NCBI GenBank assembly: GCA_030603385.1
Contig: JAUVXW010000002.1
Location: 96,001 to 160,000 of the forward strand
Source of the DNA: Promethearchaeota archaeon
GTDB lineage: Archaea > Asgardarchaeota > Lokiarchaeia > Sigyniarchaeales > SOKP01
Direction: 5' to 3'
DNA length: 64,000 nucleotides
Each line of letters starts with the position of its first letter. Within the stretch, counting starts at the first letter, position 1. The position numbers were made by a program, and so were the translations under genes. Of the stretch, positions 30,577 to 41,018 are shown one piece after another. The notes under the pieces were generated by a model. It was not told the DNA's origin, did not search any database, and saw only the letters and a program-made list of their open reading frames with translations.

Positions 30577-32012
30577 TTATTTCTTATAAGAGGATTTTAG
30601 GAATTGAGAATAATCACATAATAGAGTCATACTTTGAGCAGCATCTCTTAGAGATAAGTAATATAAAGCTCGTTTTTTATGTAAAAATTTTTTGATTGTA
30701 TCAAATCTTTTAGCAAGATTTCCATTATCTGCCAAAGTGGGTAAACAAATGGCAAAAGGTTTTGAAGTTCGGTCTCGAATGTTAATCAATCGTTTAAAAA
30801 CATGGCGATATACATGTTCAGACCAAAGTGGAATAATAACAATATCAATATTAGGATCTTTAATTACAACTTCTATACATTCAGTAAAAATATTTAAAAT
30901 GAAACCTGAAGCGCCAAGATCAATTGGATTTTTAATATTTACATTCACATCTGGTAGAATATTTGCAATTTTAGATTGTGATTCTAATGTCAATTCAGGA
31001 ACGTGTAGATTTAGATTAGCAAATAAATCAGTTAGATTCACAGAAGCTCCACCACCAGGAGTTACTATTCCAATATTTCGTCCTTTAGGAAGATGATCTG
31101 GAGATAATAATTCAAAAGTTTTTATGGCATGCCAAAATTCTTCATTATCTTTTACAATAACAGTGCCTGTTTGCTTAGCCATTGATCTCCATAAGCGATT
31201 ATCTGAAAAAATTGCACCTGTATGCGAAAAGGCGGCTCTTAATCCGTCTTTTGTATATCCTCCCTTCCACAGAATTACGGGTTTAATTTTTGTAGTTCTT
31301 TTAAGTTCCAAGAATAACTGTTTACCTGTAGCCGATCCAAATGATTCTAAATATGCTGCTATTAATTTTGTTTTTGGATCCTGCCGATAAAATCTAAAAA
31401 AGTCAACACAGTTTAAGTCAATTTGATTACCAAAACTCACACCAAAATGAAATCTGATATCACGTTTAAACCCAACATCCACTAACTGAGTTAAATGACC
31501 TCCCGATTGAGACATAAATGATACTCCACCATAATTCCCTCTTTGAGAAGCAAAAGAAAAAGCCATCCCTGATTCTGCATTTATGGGTCCTAAGCAATTA
31601 GGTCCAATTATTCTTGTATTTGAACTTTTGATTATATCTAATATTTCGTTCTCTAGCTCTTTTCCCTGAGAATCACTGTTTCTGAAAACCCGGATGCGAA
31701 TATAATTACCCATTTAATACCCTTCTTTACACATTCTTTCAAAATTTTCGGAATAAATTTTGTCTTTAAAGAGATGTATGCTGTATCAATAGGATATGGC
31801 ACATCTAAAACTGATGGATAACATCTCCAATCTAAAATTTTTTCATGATTCGGATTGATTGGATAAAAATTGTTTGCCCATTTAGATTCTTTGAAGACAT
31901 TTAAATACAGCATTGAGCCTAAGGTTGAGTTCTCTGATGCCCCAATAAAAGCAATATTTTTAGGGTAAAATAATGAGGTTAGATCCTCAAAATGTTTTTG
32001 ATCCATGGCCAT
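30577..32012 (-). pseudogene. Acyl-CoA synthetase (ADP-forming) alpha subunit, split by an apparent 1-bp deletion near 31676
   Basis: IAFIGAS...ASGFSET continues in another frame as (G)DSQGKELENE..RIIGPNCLG, SQSGG, SHTGA, NPIDL. Confidence 0.85.
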
Positions 32013-32182
32013 TAACTACAAGAAATTAAGAAATTTTTTTATAATTTTCTAGTACGAAAAATTAAGAGATAATTAGGTGTTGATTCATAATAGTTCTGAA
32101 AAAACCAAATTTTTAATTTAATTTACAATTAGACTACACATACTTATTCAATGAAAAAAATAATCTATTTGGAGAAAATAAA

Positions 32183-33637
32183 ATGGCAAGACCAAGTCCA
32201 CTAGAAGTCTATGCACTTTTAGATAAAAGCAATTGTAAAGAGTGTGGATACGATACATGCATGGCTTTTGCGACAGATATCCTGGAAAGGAAGGTTATAG
32301 TTCAAGATTGCATACATCTAGTGCAAGATCCTAAGCAGGCAAAGAATCGAGAGAAATTGATAAAACTAATAACACCTCCTCAAAGGCCAATAACTGTTGG
32401 CACTGGTGATAGAGTTGCTATAATCGGGGGTGAGGAAGTATTTTACCGTCATCAATTAACTTTTTATAACCAGACATCAATTTTTATTGAAATCGCAGAT
32501 GATGATGGTGATTTAGAGGAAATTGTTAGATATCTTACAGATCTAAAGATAGAACGGATTGGTGATGTACTTACTCTAGATGGCATTGCATTAAGAAACG
32601 TATCTGGAGATAAGGAGCAATTCAAATTAGCTGCGAGTAAAATAGCAGAACTCTCAAATCTTCCAATTATGTTATGTACTTTTGATGTCGACATTTTGCT
32701 ATATGCTGCGGAAGCAATTAAAAACAAAAAACCTTTATTATATGCCGTAACAAAAGATTCTTGGGAACAAATCGGTAAATTTGCTGTGCAAAATAGTTTG
32801 CCTGTAGCTGTTTTTTCAAACGAATTAGATGAATTAATGTCTCTAAGTGCAACACTACAGAAACTGGGAGTTAAAGAAATGATATTAGATTCAGGGACGT
32901 TTTTTGGTCCTGGTAATCTCTCAGCAACATATGATAAGATTATGCAGTTAAGAACTGCTGCCATCAATAAAGGGGATGTCAATGCGGGATGGCCAGTAAT
33001 GGGTGTTCCTGCAGTTTATTGGAATCTAGTTAAAATTGGGGATGATAAAGAACTTTGGGAACAACAATTTCAAGAAATAATCATGGGGGCAATTATGGAA
33101 TCTATAGATACGAATTTAATAGTTTTACACACAGGGCAGAAAAAAGAAGAAATTTGGGCGCTTCTAGCTCTAATGACATTGCGTCAGAGTGTATTTTCCG
33201 ATCCTAGAATTTATCCTGCGGTTGATGCTGGTATTTATAAAATTGGAGAACCAGATGAAATGGCACCAATTTTTGTTACAAGTAATTATAGAATGACAAA
33301 AATTCCTGTTGAGCAAGATTTATTGGGCGCAAATTTGAATTGCTGGCTTTTGGTGGTCGACACAGAAGGTATTGGGATTGAAAGTGCAGTAGCAGGAGGG
33401 CAATTTAATGCTGGAGGCATAGCAGAAGCAGTTAAAGAATTCAAGGCTTTTGAAAATGTAAAACATCGAGTTCTTATTCTTCCTGGAATGGCTGCTCGAT
33501 TAAGTGGAGCACTAGAAGATGAAGCAGATGCTTTTGTAGTTGTTGGGCCTCGTGATAGTTCAGGAATTCCTAAATATATGGACACTCTATGGAAGCCTAA
33601 GGAATTCATGAAAGAATATGAATCCTGGGAGAAATAA
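32183..33637 (+). CDS. cdhE: Acetyl-CoA decarbonylase/synthase gamma subunit (corrinoid Fe-S protein large subunit)
   Basis: NCKECGYDTCMAFA, IGGEEV, LRQSVFSDP, LPGMAARLSG, VGPRDSSGI. Confidence 0.93.
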   Translation: MARPSPLEVYALLDKSNCKECGYDTCMAFATDILERKVIVQDCIHLVQDPKQAKNREKLIKLITPPQRPITVGTGDRVAIIGGEEVFYRHQLTFYNQTSIFIEIADDDGDLEEIVRYLTDLKIERIGDVLTLDGIALRNVSGDKEQFKLAASKIAELSNLPIMLCTFDVDILLYAAEAIKNKKPLLYAVTKDSWEQIGKFAVQNSLPVAVFSNELDELMSLSATLQKLGVKEMILDSGTFFGPGNLSATYDKIMQLRTAAINKGDVNAGWPVMGVPAVYWNLVKIGDDKELWEQQFQEIIMGAIMESIDTNLIVLHTGQKKEEIWALLALMTLRQSVFSDPRIYPAVDAGIYKIGEPDEMAPIFVTSNYRMTKIPVEQDLLGANLNCWLLVVDTEGIGIESAVAGGQFNAGGIAEAVKEFKAFENVKHRVLILPGMAARLSGALEDEADAFVVVGPRDSSGIPKYMDTLWKPKEFMKEYESWEK

Positions 33638-33776
33638 AGATTTTTATTCTTTTTTTATCTTTTTTTATTATATTTATTCGAACTTGCATTTTATAAAAGT
33701 GAATAAATCATATCAATTGTAATACTTTTAACCTTTTTTACAATTAGAGTCTGGATCTCATTTTCTCTAGCTTGTT

Positions 33777-35429
33777 TCAATTTATTTTAAATCCTTTAAA
33801 CAATTTTAAAAGAAACATAATTTCTTCAGATCTCTCAATTATTCTTCTTAATGGAAAGGGGAAATTGTTTAACTCGACTTGGTTTCCTTTAGATACTTGT
33901 TCGATCATTATTTTTATTATTTCCTTGTATTTATTAACAGTTGGGCCTTCATATTCAATCTCAGATATAACTTTCCAAGCTTTATCTAATTTACCATTTA
34001 AAATGCATGATATTGAAGCCAAAACATAGCTAAGAACAATGTGAGAATACCCAACTTTCTTTAAATTGGCTGCTCGATAATAATAACGATAAACATTATT
34101 AACCATTTCTCGTAAAAGAAAGTCTTTGGCAGTATCAAGCTGTTCATAAAATTTTATACTCTCCAAAATAAGTGTTGCGGCCGTATAAAACTGTTTGTTT
34201 TTCAGACCTTCTTTGGCAATTTTATTCAATCCCCTTATTATTTGACTAAATATCCCAAACCTATTATATTCTAAACGCCCTTCTATAGCAATATCATACG
34301 CATTCAAATAACTCTCCGTAGACTCATTTATACGCCCTATCTTCCAATAGTTATCTCCAGCCTTTACAAAATGTTTATAAGCCATTTCTAAATTATTCAA
34401 TTCCTTAAATACATTTGCACCATCGAAAAAATTCATCGCTGCTTGACTAAAATCTTCTAGTTTTTCTGAAAAGTTTCCAGCTAATAAAAAACATGAAGCA
34501 CACTCAATTAAATTATTTTTTATCTCTTGATAACATAATCCAGCACCACGATAATATCTAGCGATTTTATGATAGTTTTCTGTTATCTTTTCAAGTTTTT
34601 CTGCCAAATCTATATAAGCTCCAGCTTCTCTTTTAGAGTAATTTATATATTGATCGTCTTCAGCTAAAATTTTATAAAGATTTTTCAATATCTGATATAT
34701 TTGAGCTAATGTTAAGCTCTCATTCTTCTCTTCTAAGGTAGTTACTAAGTTTAAGAAAAACTCTACTCCCTCCAAAATTGATTCCTGGGATTTGCCATAA
34801 TCATCTAATTCTTCATAGCACGTACCGATTTGTTGATAAGAGAAAGATAATATATCATAAAAATGATGAGACTTTGAAATTTTGATAACTTTTTCGTAAT
34901 ACTTAATAGCGTTTTTAAAATCAGAAGATTTCGAATACAATTCAGCTATATTTTGGTAGTTTTGAGCATGTTTCCTTGTCTCATCAAATTCTTTTAAAAG
35001 AGTACTTTCTTGTTTTAGGAACTTAATACTATTTAAGATATTTTTTTTTTCTGAAAGTGTATCTTGAAATTTCTCGAAAAAAATCTCAGCAATCCTTAAA
35101 TACAACTCAGCAACTTCATGTAATTTTGCCTGCAATTTATAGTCAATAATCTGTTTTTTATATAATTCTATGATTTGGTTATATAAATCAAGTGATTCTG
35201 AAAAATCAAGATCTTCAATTATCACTGCTACAGAATATAAAAATTCTCCTGCATCAAAAAATTCCCCTGATTGGGCAATATTTTTAGAAAAATTAATTGA
35301 TGCCGAGATTACTTCTTTTATTGATTTATTCCGTTCTACTGGATCATCGATCCTTTTAATTTTAGACTCAGAAGCTCTGATTTTCTCTAAAAACTCTGCA
35401 TAATCAATGAATTCTTCTTCTTCGATAAT
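33777..35429 (-). CDS. SNAP-like/TPR solenoid protein (probable ATT start 35429)
   Basis: Repeated A..Y..AG/AA..F helix pairs; frame stays open 68 codons upstream of the GTG, to an ATT after GAGGAG. Confidence 0.7.
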   Translation of the reverse strand: MIEEEEFIDYAEFLEKIRASESKIKRIDDPVERNKSIKEVISASINFSKNIAQSGEFFDAGEFLYSVAVIIEDLDFSESLDLYNQIIELYKKQIIDYKLQAKLHEVAELYLRIAEIFFEKFQDTLSEKKNILNSIKFLKQESTLLKEFDETRKHAQNYQNIAELYSKSSDFKNAIKYYEKVIKISKSHHFYDILSFSYQQIGTCYEELDDYGKSQESILEGVEFFLNLVTTLEEKNESLTLAQIYQILKNLYKILAEDDQYINYSKREAGAYIDLAEKLEKITENYHKIARYYRGAGLCYQEIKNNLIECASCFLLAGNFSEKLEDFSQAAMNFFDGANVFKELNNLEMAYKHFVKAGDNYWKIGRINESTESYLNAYDIAIEGRLEYNRFGIFSQIIRGLNKIAKEGLKNKQFYTAATLILESIKFYEQLDTAKDFLLREMVNNVYRYYYRAANLKKVGYSHIVLSYVLASISCILNGKLDKAWKVISEIEYEGPTVNKYKEIIKIMIEQVSKGNQVELNNFPFPLRRIIERSEEIMFLLKLFKGFKIN

Positions 35430-35622
35430 CTTATGATCTCCTCAGAAAAAAATAACAACTATGTAGAGAAATTAAATTGAAAATAAAAAATTTAGTGATT
35501 TTGTGTCCTAAATTGAAAATGCATCTTCATAAATTATGTAGTTAAGATTATAGGAGACATATTTTACTAAGGAAATAATGTTAAATATGATCGAGATTAT
35601 AATATAAATAATTAAAAAAAAG

Positions 35623-35838
35623 GTGTTTGTTATAAAACAAATTTCAGAATTGTTAGATACCGGATTGTATGAGACATTTAGCCCCGAGAGATCTATGACT
35701 GTTGCAGATCTACTAAAAGAATTAAATTTAGAAGGAAAATTCTTCGGAATATTAGTAGATGGCAAGAAAGCGGACCCAGAGACTAATATATCCCCCAAGT
35801 CGGAGGTTATAATACTTCCACACATCGCTGGCGGTTAA
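35623..35838 (+). CDS. MoaD/ThiS ubiquitin-like sulfur carrier
   Basis: TVADLLKEL, ILVDG, C-terminal ILPHIAGG. Confidence 0.88.
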   Translation: MFVIKQISELLDTGLYETFSPERSMTVADLLKELNLEGKFFGILVDGKKADPETNISPKSEVIILPHIAGG

Positions 35839-35903
35839 TAATAAAGAAATAATTAGTTTTTTTGATTTTCTCTTTTTTTATAAATAGTGCTCTCTTGGAT
35901 GAT

Positions 35904-35999
35904 TTATTTTAGTTCAATTTTGAGTAGATCTTCAGCTAAAATAGTATTAGGAAATATTTCTTTTGCTTCTGCAAGAACTTTCGACGCATCTTCTTGGTG
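35904..35999 (-). repeat. Diverged duplicate of the RNase Z 3' end (~31 codons)
   Basis: HQEDASKVLAEAKEIFPNTILAEDLLKIELK* versus YQDDASKLLEEAKEIFPNTILAEDLLKIELK* at 36618-36713; 48 bp identical core. Confidence 0.9.
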
Positions 36000-36058
36000 C
36001 TTGTAAAAATGCGTAGAAATGCAAGATTTTAGTAAATAAAAATGTTTAAAAGAAATTC

Positions 36059-36376
36059 TTAATATGTATCAGGCATTAAACCCGACATTATGTCTCGCAT
36101 AGCATCAACCATTACTGCGTATCCAAAAATGAAGTAAAAAATTGTACCTACTATATAAATAACTATAGCTGTAATTGATTTCCATTTATGTTCTGTTTCG
36201 TTATATCCAAGAATTCCTAATATTAACCCTATTAACCCAGTACCGCTTACTGCAAATGTACCAAGAATAGCTATTTTTGGTAGTATTTCTTGGCTAGTTA
36301 AAATTGATAATATAGGGCTTACTAAGCTTAAAAGAGCCAAAATAAGAGCTATATCCGCATATTTTGATTTTTCCAT
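36059..36376 (-). CDS. Small membrane protein (~3 TM)
   Basis: Three hydrophobic helices; lies between the two rnz 3' copies. Confidence 0.75.
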   Translation of the reverse strand: MEKSKYADIALILALLSLVSPILSILTSQEILPKIAILGTFAVSGTGLIGLILGILGYNETEHKWKSITAIVIYIVGTIFYFIFGYAVMVDAMRDIMSGLMPDTY

Positions 36377-36617
36377 TTATTTTCAAATTAACTATTAGAT
36401 TAATTAAAGAAATATAAGATACATTAGTATTTATATTTAAAATCGTCTATAGAATATCTTTTTCTTGTATTTTACGTTAAAGAAGAAATCAATTAACAAA
36501 ATTGCTATTTCCTTGTTACGAAAAAGAGATGAACTTGGTGGGACATTAGCTGGAGGATCTTAACATAAAAAAAAATTCTATTCTTCATTTTAAGTGTACT
36601 TAGATACCATCAGTTAA

Positions 36618-37604
36618 CTATTTTAGCTCAATTTTTAGTAGATCTTCAGCTAAAATAGTATTAGGAAATATTTCTTTTGCTTCTTCCAGAAGTTTTGATG
36701 CGTCATCTTGATACCTAGATGATATATGTGTAAGGATTAATTGTTTTGCATTCATTTGTTTAGCATCAAGTGCAGCATCAATAGAAGTTGAATGCTTCTT
36801 TTCTTGGGCAGTTTCTGCTAACTTTTTGGCAAAAGTTGCTTCATGAACTAAAATATCAGAGTCTTTTCCTAGCTCAATTATAGATTTGCCTGGTATTAAG
36901 TCTCCAGAATAGGTGATTTTTCTTCCTGGTTTTTTTGGCCCAATTATCCCTTCTTTTATAGGATCAATCTTTTTTCCTTGATACTCAATAATTTCTCCTT
37001 CCTGTAATTTCTTCCAGAGATGACTTTCGGGAATCCCTAATGCTTTTGCCTTTTCAGGTTCAAATTTTCCAAAACGAGGTTTTTCAATGAATGCATAGGC
37101 ATAAGTTATTACAGAATGTTCAACCAAGGCATATTTTATTGTATAATATTTGGAGTCATAAATTATGTTATCTTGAATCTTGATTTTATTCTTAGGCTCT
37201 TCAGAATCTAATCCTTCAAATTCAATCAATTCCTTAGTTAAATGATCTATTTCATATATCTTAATTGGATAATTAGCTTTTAGACCAAGGATTTTTCTAT
37301 GAAGAAGTAGATAAAGAAAAAGATTCCTCGGCCCAAACATCACAATCGGGGCGGTTCTATCATTTAAGCTTAATCGAAATAAAAATCCAGGCAATCCAAT
37401 GATATGATCTCCATGAAAATGGGATATAAAAATCATTAAAGGTTTATTAAATTTTAATCCCGCTTCAGCAAATCGGCGTTGGAAGTCTTCACCACAATCA
37501 AATAAGAGAATTTTATTTCGATACCTAATTGCAATTGAAGATAAATTGCGTTCTCTAGTAGGAGTAGCTGCGGAACTTCCTAAAATATGCAATGTGAGTT
37601 CCAT
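36618..37604 (-). CDS. rnz: Ribonuclease Z
   Basis: HFHGDH, YSGD, HEATF, HST, LTHISSRY, exosite. Confidence 0.96.
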   Translation of the reverse strand: MELTLHILGSSAATPTRERNLSSIAIRYRNKILLFDCGEDFQRRFAEAGLKFNKPLMIFISHFHGDHIIGLPGFLFRLSLNDRTAPIVMFGPRNLFLYLLLHRKILGLKANYPIKIYEIDHLTKELIEFEGLDSEEPKNKIKIQDNIIYDSKYYTIKYALVEHSVITYAYAFIEKPRFGKFEPEKAKALGIPESHLWKKLQEGEIIEYQGKKIDPIKEGIIGPKKPGRKITYSGDLIPGKSIIELGKDSDILVHEATFAKKLAETAQEKKHSTSIDAALDAKQMNAKQLILTHISSRYQDDASKLLEEAKEIFPNTILAEDLLKIELK

Positions 37605-37712
37605 AATTAGATTAACCTATTAAAATATTTAAAATAACCTTCTCTTATTCAAAAATAACAAGAAAAATAGTCAATTTTCTGGTAACTAATCAGTAAAGGT
37701 TAGCAATAGTGC

Positions 37713-38993
37713 TTATTTTTTTCGTAATTGCGCGAGTTCCATTCTTTGTTCAGTATTCTGTTTTTGTAAGTCATCAATAATACCTTTAAGTTCTCTCAAT
37801 CTTAGTGCTAAATGAGGATTCTCTTGAGTTTGAGCTGGCGCTCGCAGAGTATGGCTTTCTATTTGTTTTTGTAAGTCATTAAATTTTTGATCTCTTGTTT
37901 TTAATTGGTTTTCCAATTGTCTATATCTTTTTTTAATTTGCACTGCTTCGTTTTTTATTGTTTCGATTTCCCCCTCTTTAGCCTCTAATTGTTTCTGTAA
38001 AAATATAGCCATCTCTCTTTGCATTTTTAATTTTCCTTCAATTTCTTTTTGTGATTCACCTGTTTCTGATAAAGCACCAGTTTTGTATTTCTTAAGTTGT
38101 TCTTGGAGTGATTTTACTTCCAATTTTGATTTATTCAATTTATTCTGTAATTCATCTTTTAATGTATGAATCATTTCTGATGATGCCATGTCAGCTTGAT
38201 CTGAATCTGTGGTAATTGTTCCTTTTTTCAAAGATTTTATTTCATTTTTCAATTTTTCAATTTCTACGTCTTTTTTATCTTTTTTTTTGCTTTTTTTCTC
38301 ATATTTCGTAAGTTTTTGTTTTAAATCAAGTATTTGTCTCTTAGATTTGTTTAATTGTTTTTGAAGATCTTCAATTAATTTTTTCGTTATTGAATCACTA
38401 CTTTCATTCTGGGACGCAGAACTCAATTCATTTATTTTCTGGTTTAATTCATTGATTTCTGATTTGTAGATTTCAATTGTATTATCTTTTTCATTTAATT
38501 TTTCTTCAAATTCTTCCGCAACTTTGAGTTGATATTCTAATTTTTTTATGATTGCTTTCTGTTTGTTTACTTTATCCTGTAAATCTGCTACTAATGCATT
38601 TAGTGGAGGTTTTTCCCTTAAATCTTCTACTCTAATAACAGATGTTTTTTTATGTTTATTCTTAAATTTTTCAAACTCCTGTTGGAGTTGAGTATAGTCT
38701 TTTCTTAATATGCCCATACTATTCTTTAGATCACGGATATATTTATCTTTCTCTCCAAGTTCATATGCAAATCTAGATTCTGCAGCTTGTATTTTTTTAC
38801 TTTTGGATTTAGCTCCTTCTTCTAATTCTTTTATAGCTTCTAATTCCATAATTTTATCTTCGCGTTCTTCGATGATATCTTCAAGTTGGTCGATTTCATT
38901 ATCTGTTTTCTCTAATTTTAACTCTAGTTCTCCGATTTTTTTTTCTAATTCTCTGATTTTATCTTTTAATGCAGCTTCTGACATATTGAACAA
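37713..38993 (-). CDS. Long coiled-coil protein
   Basis: Continuous K/E/L heptads. Confidence 0.8.
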   Translation of the reverse strand: MFNMSEAALKDKIRELEKKIGELELKLEKTDNEIDQLEDIIEEREDKIMELEAIKELEEGAKSKSKKIQAAESRFAYELGEKDKYIRDLKNSMGILRKDYTQLQQEFEKFKNKHKKTSVIRVEDLREKPPLNALVADLQDKVNKQKAIIKKLEYQLKVAEEFEEKLNEKDNTIEIYKSEINELNQKINELSSASQNESSDSITKKLIEDLQKQLNKSKRQILDLKQKLTKYEKKSKKKDKKDVEIEKLKNEIKSLKKGTITTDSDQADMASSEMIHTLKDELQNKLNKSKLEVKSLQEQLKKYKTGALSETGESQKEIEGKLKMQREMAIFLQKQLEAKEGEIETIKNEAVQIKKRYRQLENQLKTRDQKFNDLQKQIESHTLRAPAQTQENPHLALRLRELKGIIDDLQKQNTEQRMELAQLRKK

Positions 38994-39082
38994 TCATCTA
39001 TTAATTAATTTATTAATAAAATTATAGATTTTAAAATTTAACTCATTATTTTTAATAATATCTCACAATAAGTTAAAAATCC

Positions 39083-40996
39083 TTAATATATTTCAAAATC
39101 CTTAATCGAAAACTTATTGATTTTTCTCATGATAGGGAATAAGCTTAGAAAATTAAAAAAAGTAAAAGTAACTAACAGTATAGCAAAAACAGTAAATGGA
39201 ATGTATAATGGGGGCAAATATACGCGACCAAAGATAACAATTGAATTTAGAATCATACCTATACTAAAACTTATTAAAAGTGAAGGAATGATAACAAAAG
39301 TAGATTCCAAGAAAAGAATTCTTTTTAATGCTTTGTTCCTAGAGCCCAAAGCTCTCATAATTAAGAAATCTCTTGCTTTTTCCATTATTCCACTTTTTTG
39401 ATAATTATAAAGGGATAAGATCCCAAGAATTGCTATAATAATCATTAAAAACATTGGGTATAATGATAAATTTAATAAGAAATTCAGATTCTTTTTAAAT
39501 ACTCCATCCAGTTTCATATGAGCAAAGTCAGTTCCCAAATTAGATTCAATAAAGATTTCTAAATCTGTTTTTATGTTGTTATACGACCCACTTTTCAATT
39601 TTAATAAAACAAGATTAATTGCCTGATTTGAGAATAATAATTTATTCTGAAAAGACTCTAAACTTATATAACCCGCATATCCATTATAAAAACTATCAAT
39701 AACTACTCCAGTTATCTCAAATTCATGAGATTCATTGCCTATATTTTTGATTTTAAGATTTTGTATTAATGCTTTATCAAAATAATTATAAGCTAAACCA
39801 TCCCCTACAATCATCTCATAATCAAGGGTAGAATAATTTCCTTCAATCTCAAAATTTTGGATCATCTTACTCAGATTTACTCCAATAATAGGAATATTTT
39901 CTGTCCTATGTTTTCCATAAGTTATATATTCCCCATCAACAATAACAATTTTGCTCATTTCTTCTATATCACAGAAGTTTATTAATCTCTCATCAACTTT
40001 TTCGATATCGCCTACAGTTTCTTTAATATTGCTCACATTGTTGATACTAAATAAGTATTTTGAATCTGTAAAATTAATATCTGTATGGTTAATAACAATT
40101 CTTGGATTTGAGAACATCTCATACATCAGTGAATAATTTTGGATCACATCTTCATGACCGATTATTACAATATTTTCACCTTGCGCCTTACGAATCCACT
40201 CCTCCGATGATGTTCTTAAAACGATTGTACCTAATCCAAGTGTGAATATTATTAAACAAATTAATGAAAACACTATAATATATCTTTTAAACTCACCCTT
40301 TCTTCTTAAAGTATTAATTATTGACAATTTGATATTAATTCCTAATGAAGAAAGCCATTTTGGGATGAACTGAATTTTTTTTGAAGCATCGTAATCATGA
40401 GGAATATCTTTAGAAAATGTTTTTATTATTTTTTCTTTCCCTATTCTTCTTAAGGCATACCCTGATACAAAAAATATCCCAAAAATACAAGAAACAAATA
40501 GTATTGAAGTAAATATAACATCTATTTGAAACTCAATAGAAAAATAGAAAGAATTCATTATTAAACTAAATATTCCAAAGGAAAGAACTCCACACATTAT
40601 ACCAAAGAAGAACCCAATGAAAAAAATGATATAAACCTCGAGAAGATAAAAACTATAAAGCTTACGGGGTAATGTACCTAAAGCTTTCATTATTCCAATA
40701 TCCTTTTTTTTATTAATAATATGAGTAGTAGAAATCGCGACTACTATAAAAACAGCCAATATCATTAATAAAATCTGGATTATTGTAATGAACTGTTTAT
40801 AAACAATACTAATACTCCCTGAGAAGAAAAATTCATTTGAAAAATCGGACTGAATAAATACATTTAAACCCAAAGAAGATGTAAAGTAAATTAAGAATTC
40901 TGTTATGGCTACAACTAAAGTAATGATTATTAAATAAGGAATTGTTTGGTTCTTTTTACGATAAAAATCCTTTAGGGCAAAATCAAAAGATGACAT
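39083..40996 (-). CDS. FtsX/MacB-like ABC exporter permease
   Basis: Two DIGIMKALG / IMRALGS FtsX motifs. Confidence 0.88.
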   Translation of the reverse strand: MSSFDFALKDFYRKKNQTIPYLIIITLVVAITEFLIYFTSSLGLNVFIQSDFSNEFFFSGSISIVYKQFITIIQILLMILAVFIVVAISTTHIINKKKDIGIMKALGTLPRKLYSFYLLEVYIIFFIGFFFGIMCGVLSFGIFSLIMNSFYFSIEFQIDVIFTSILFVSCIFGIFFVSGYALRRIGKEKIIKTFSKDIPHDYDASKKIQFIPKWLSSLGINIKLSIINTLRRKGEFKRYIIVFSLICLIIFTLGLGTIVLRTSSEEWIRKAQGENIVIIGHEDVIQNYSLMYEMFSNPRIVINHTDINFTDSKYLFSINNVSNIKETVGDIEKVDERLINFCDIEEMSKIVIVDGEYITYGKHRTENIPIIGVNLSKMIQNFEIEGNYSTLDYEMIVGDGLAYNYFDKALIQNLKIKNIGNESHEFEITGVVIDSFYNGYAGYISLESFQNKLLFSNQAINLVLLKLKSGSYNNIKTDLEIFIESNLGTDFAHMKLDGVFKKNLNFLLNLSLYPMFLMIIIAILGILSLYNYQKSGIMEKARDFLIMRALGSRNKALKRILFLESTFVIIPSLLISFSIGMILNSIVIFGRVYLPPLYIPFTVFAILLVTFTFFNFLSLFPIMRKINKFSIKDFEIY

Positions 40997-41018
40997 ATCA
41001 GACTTTAAAATTTGTTTT

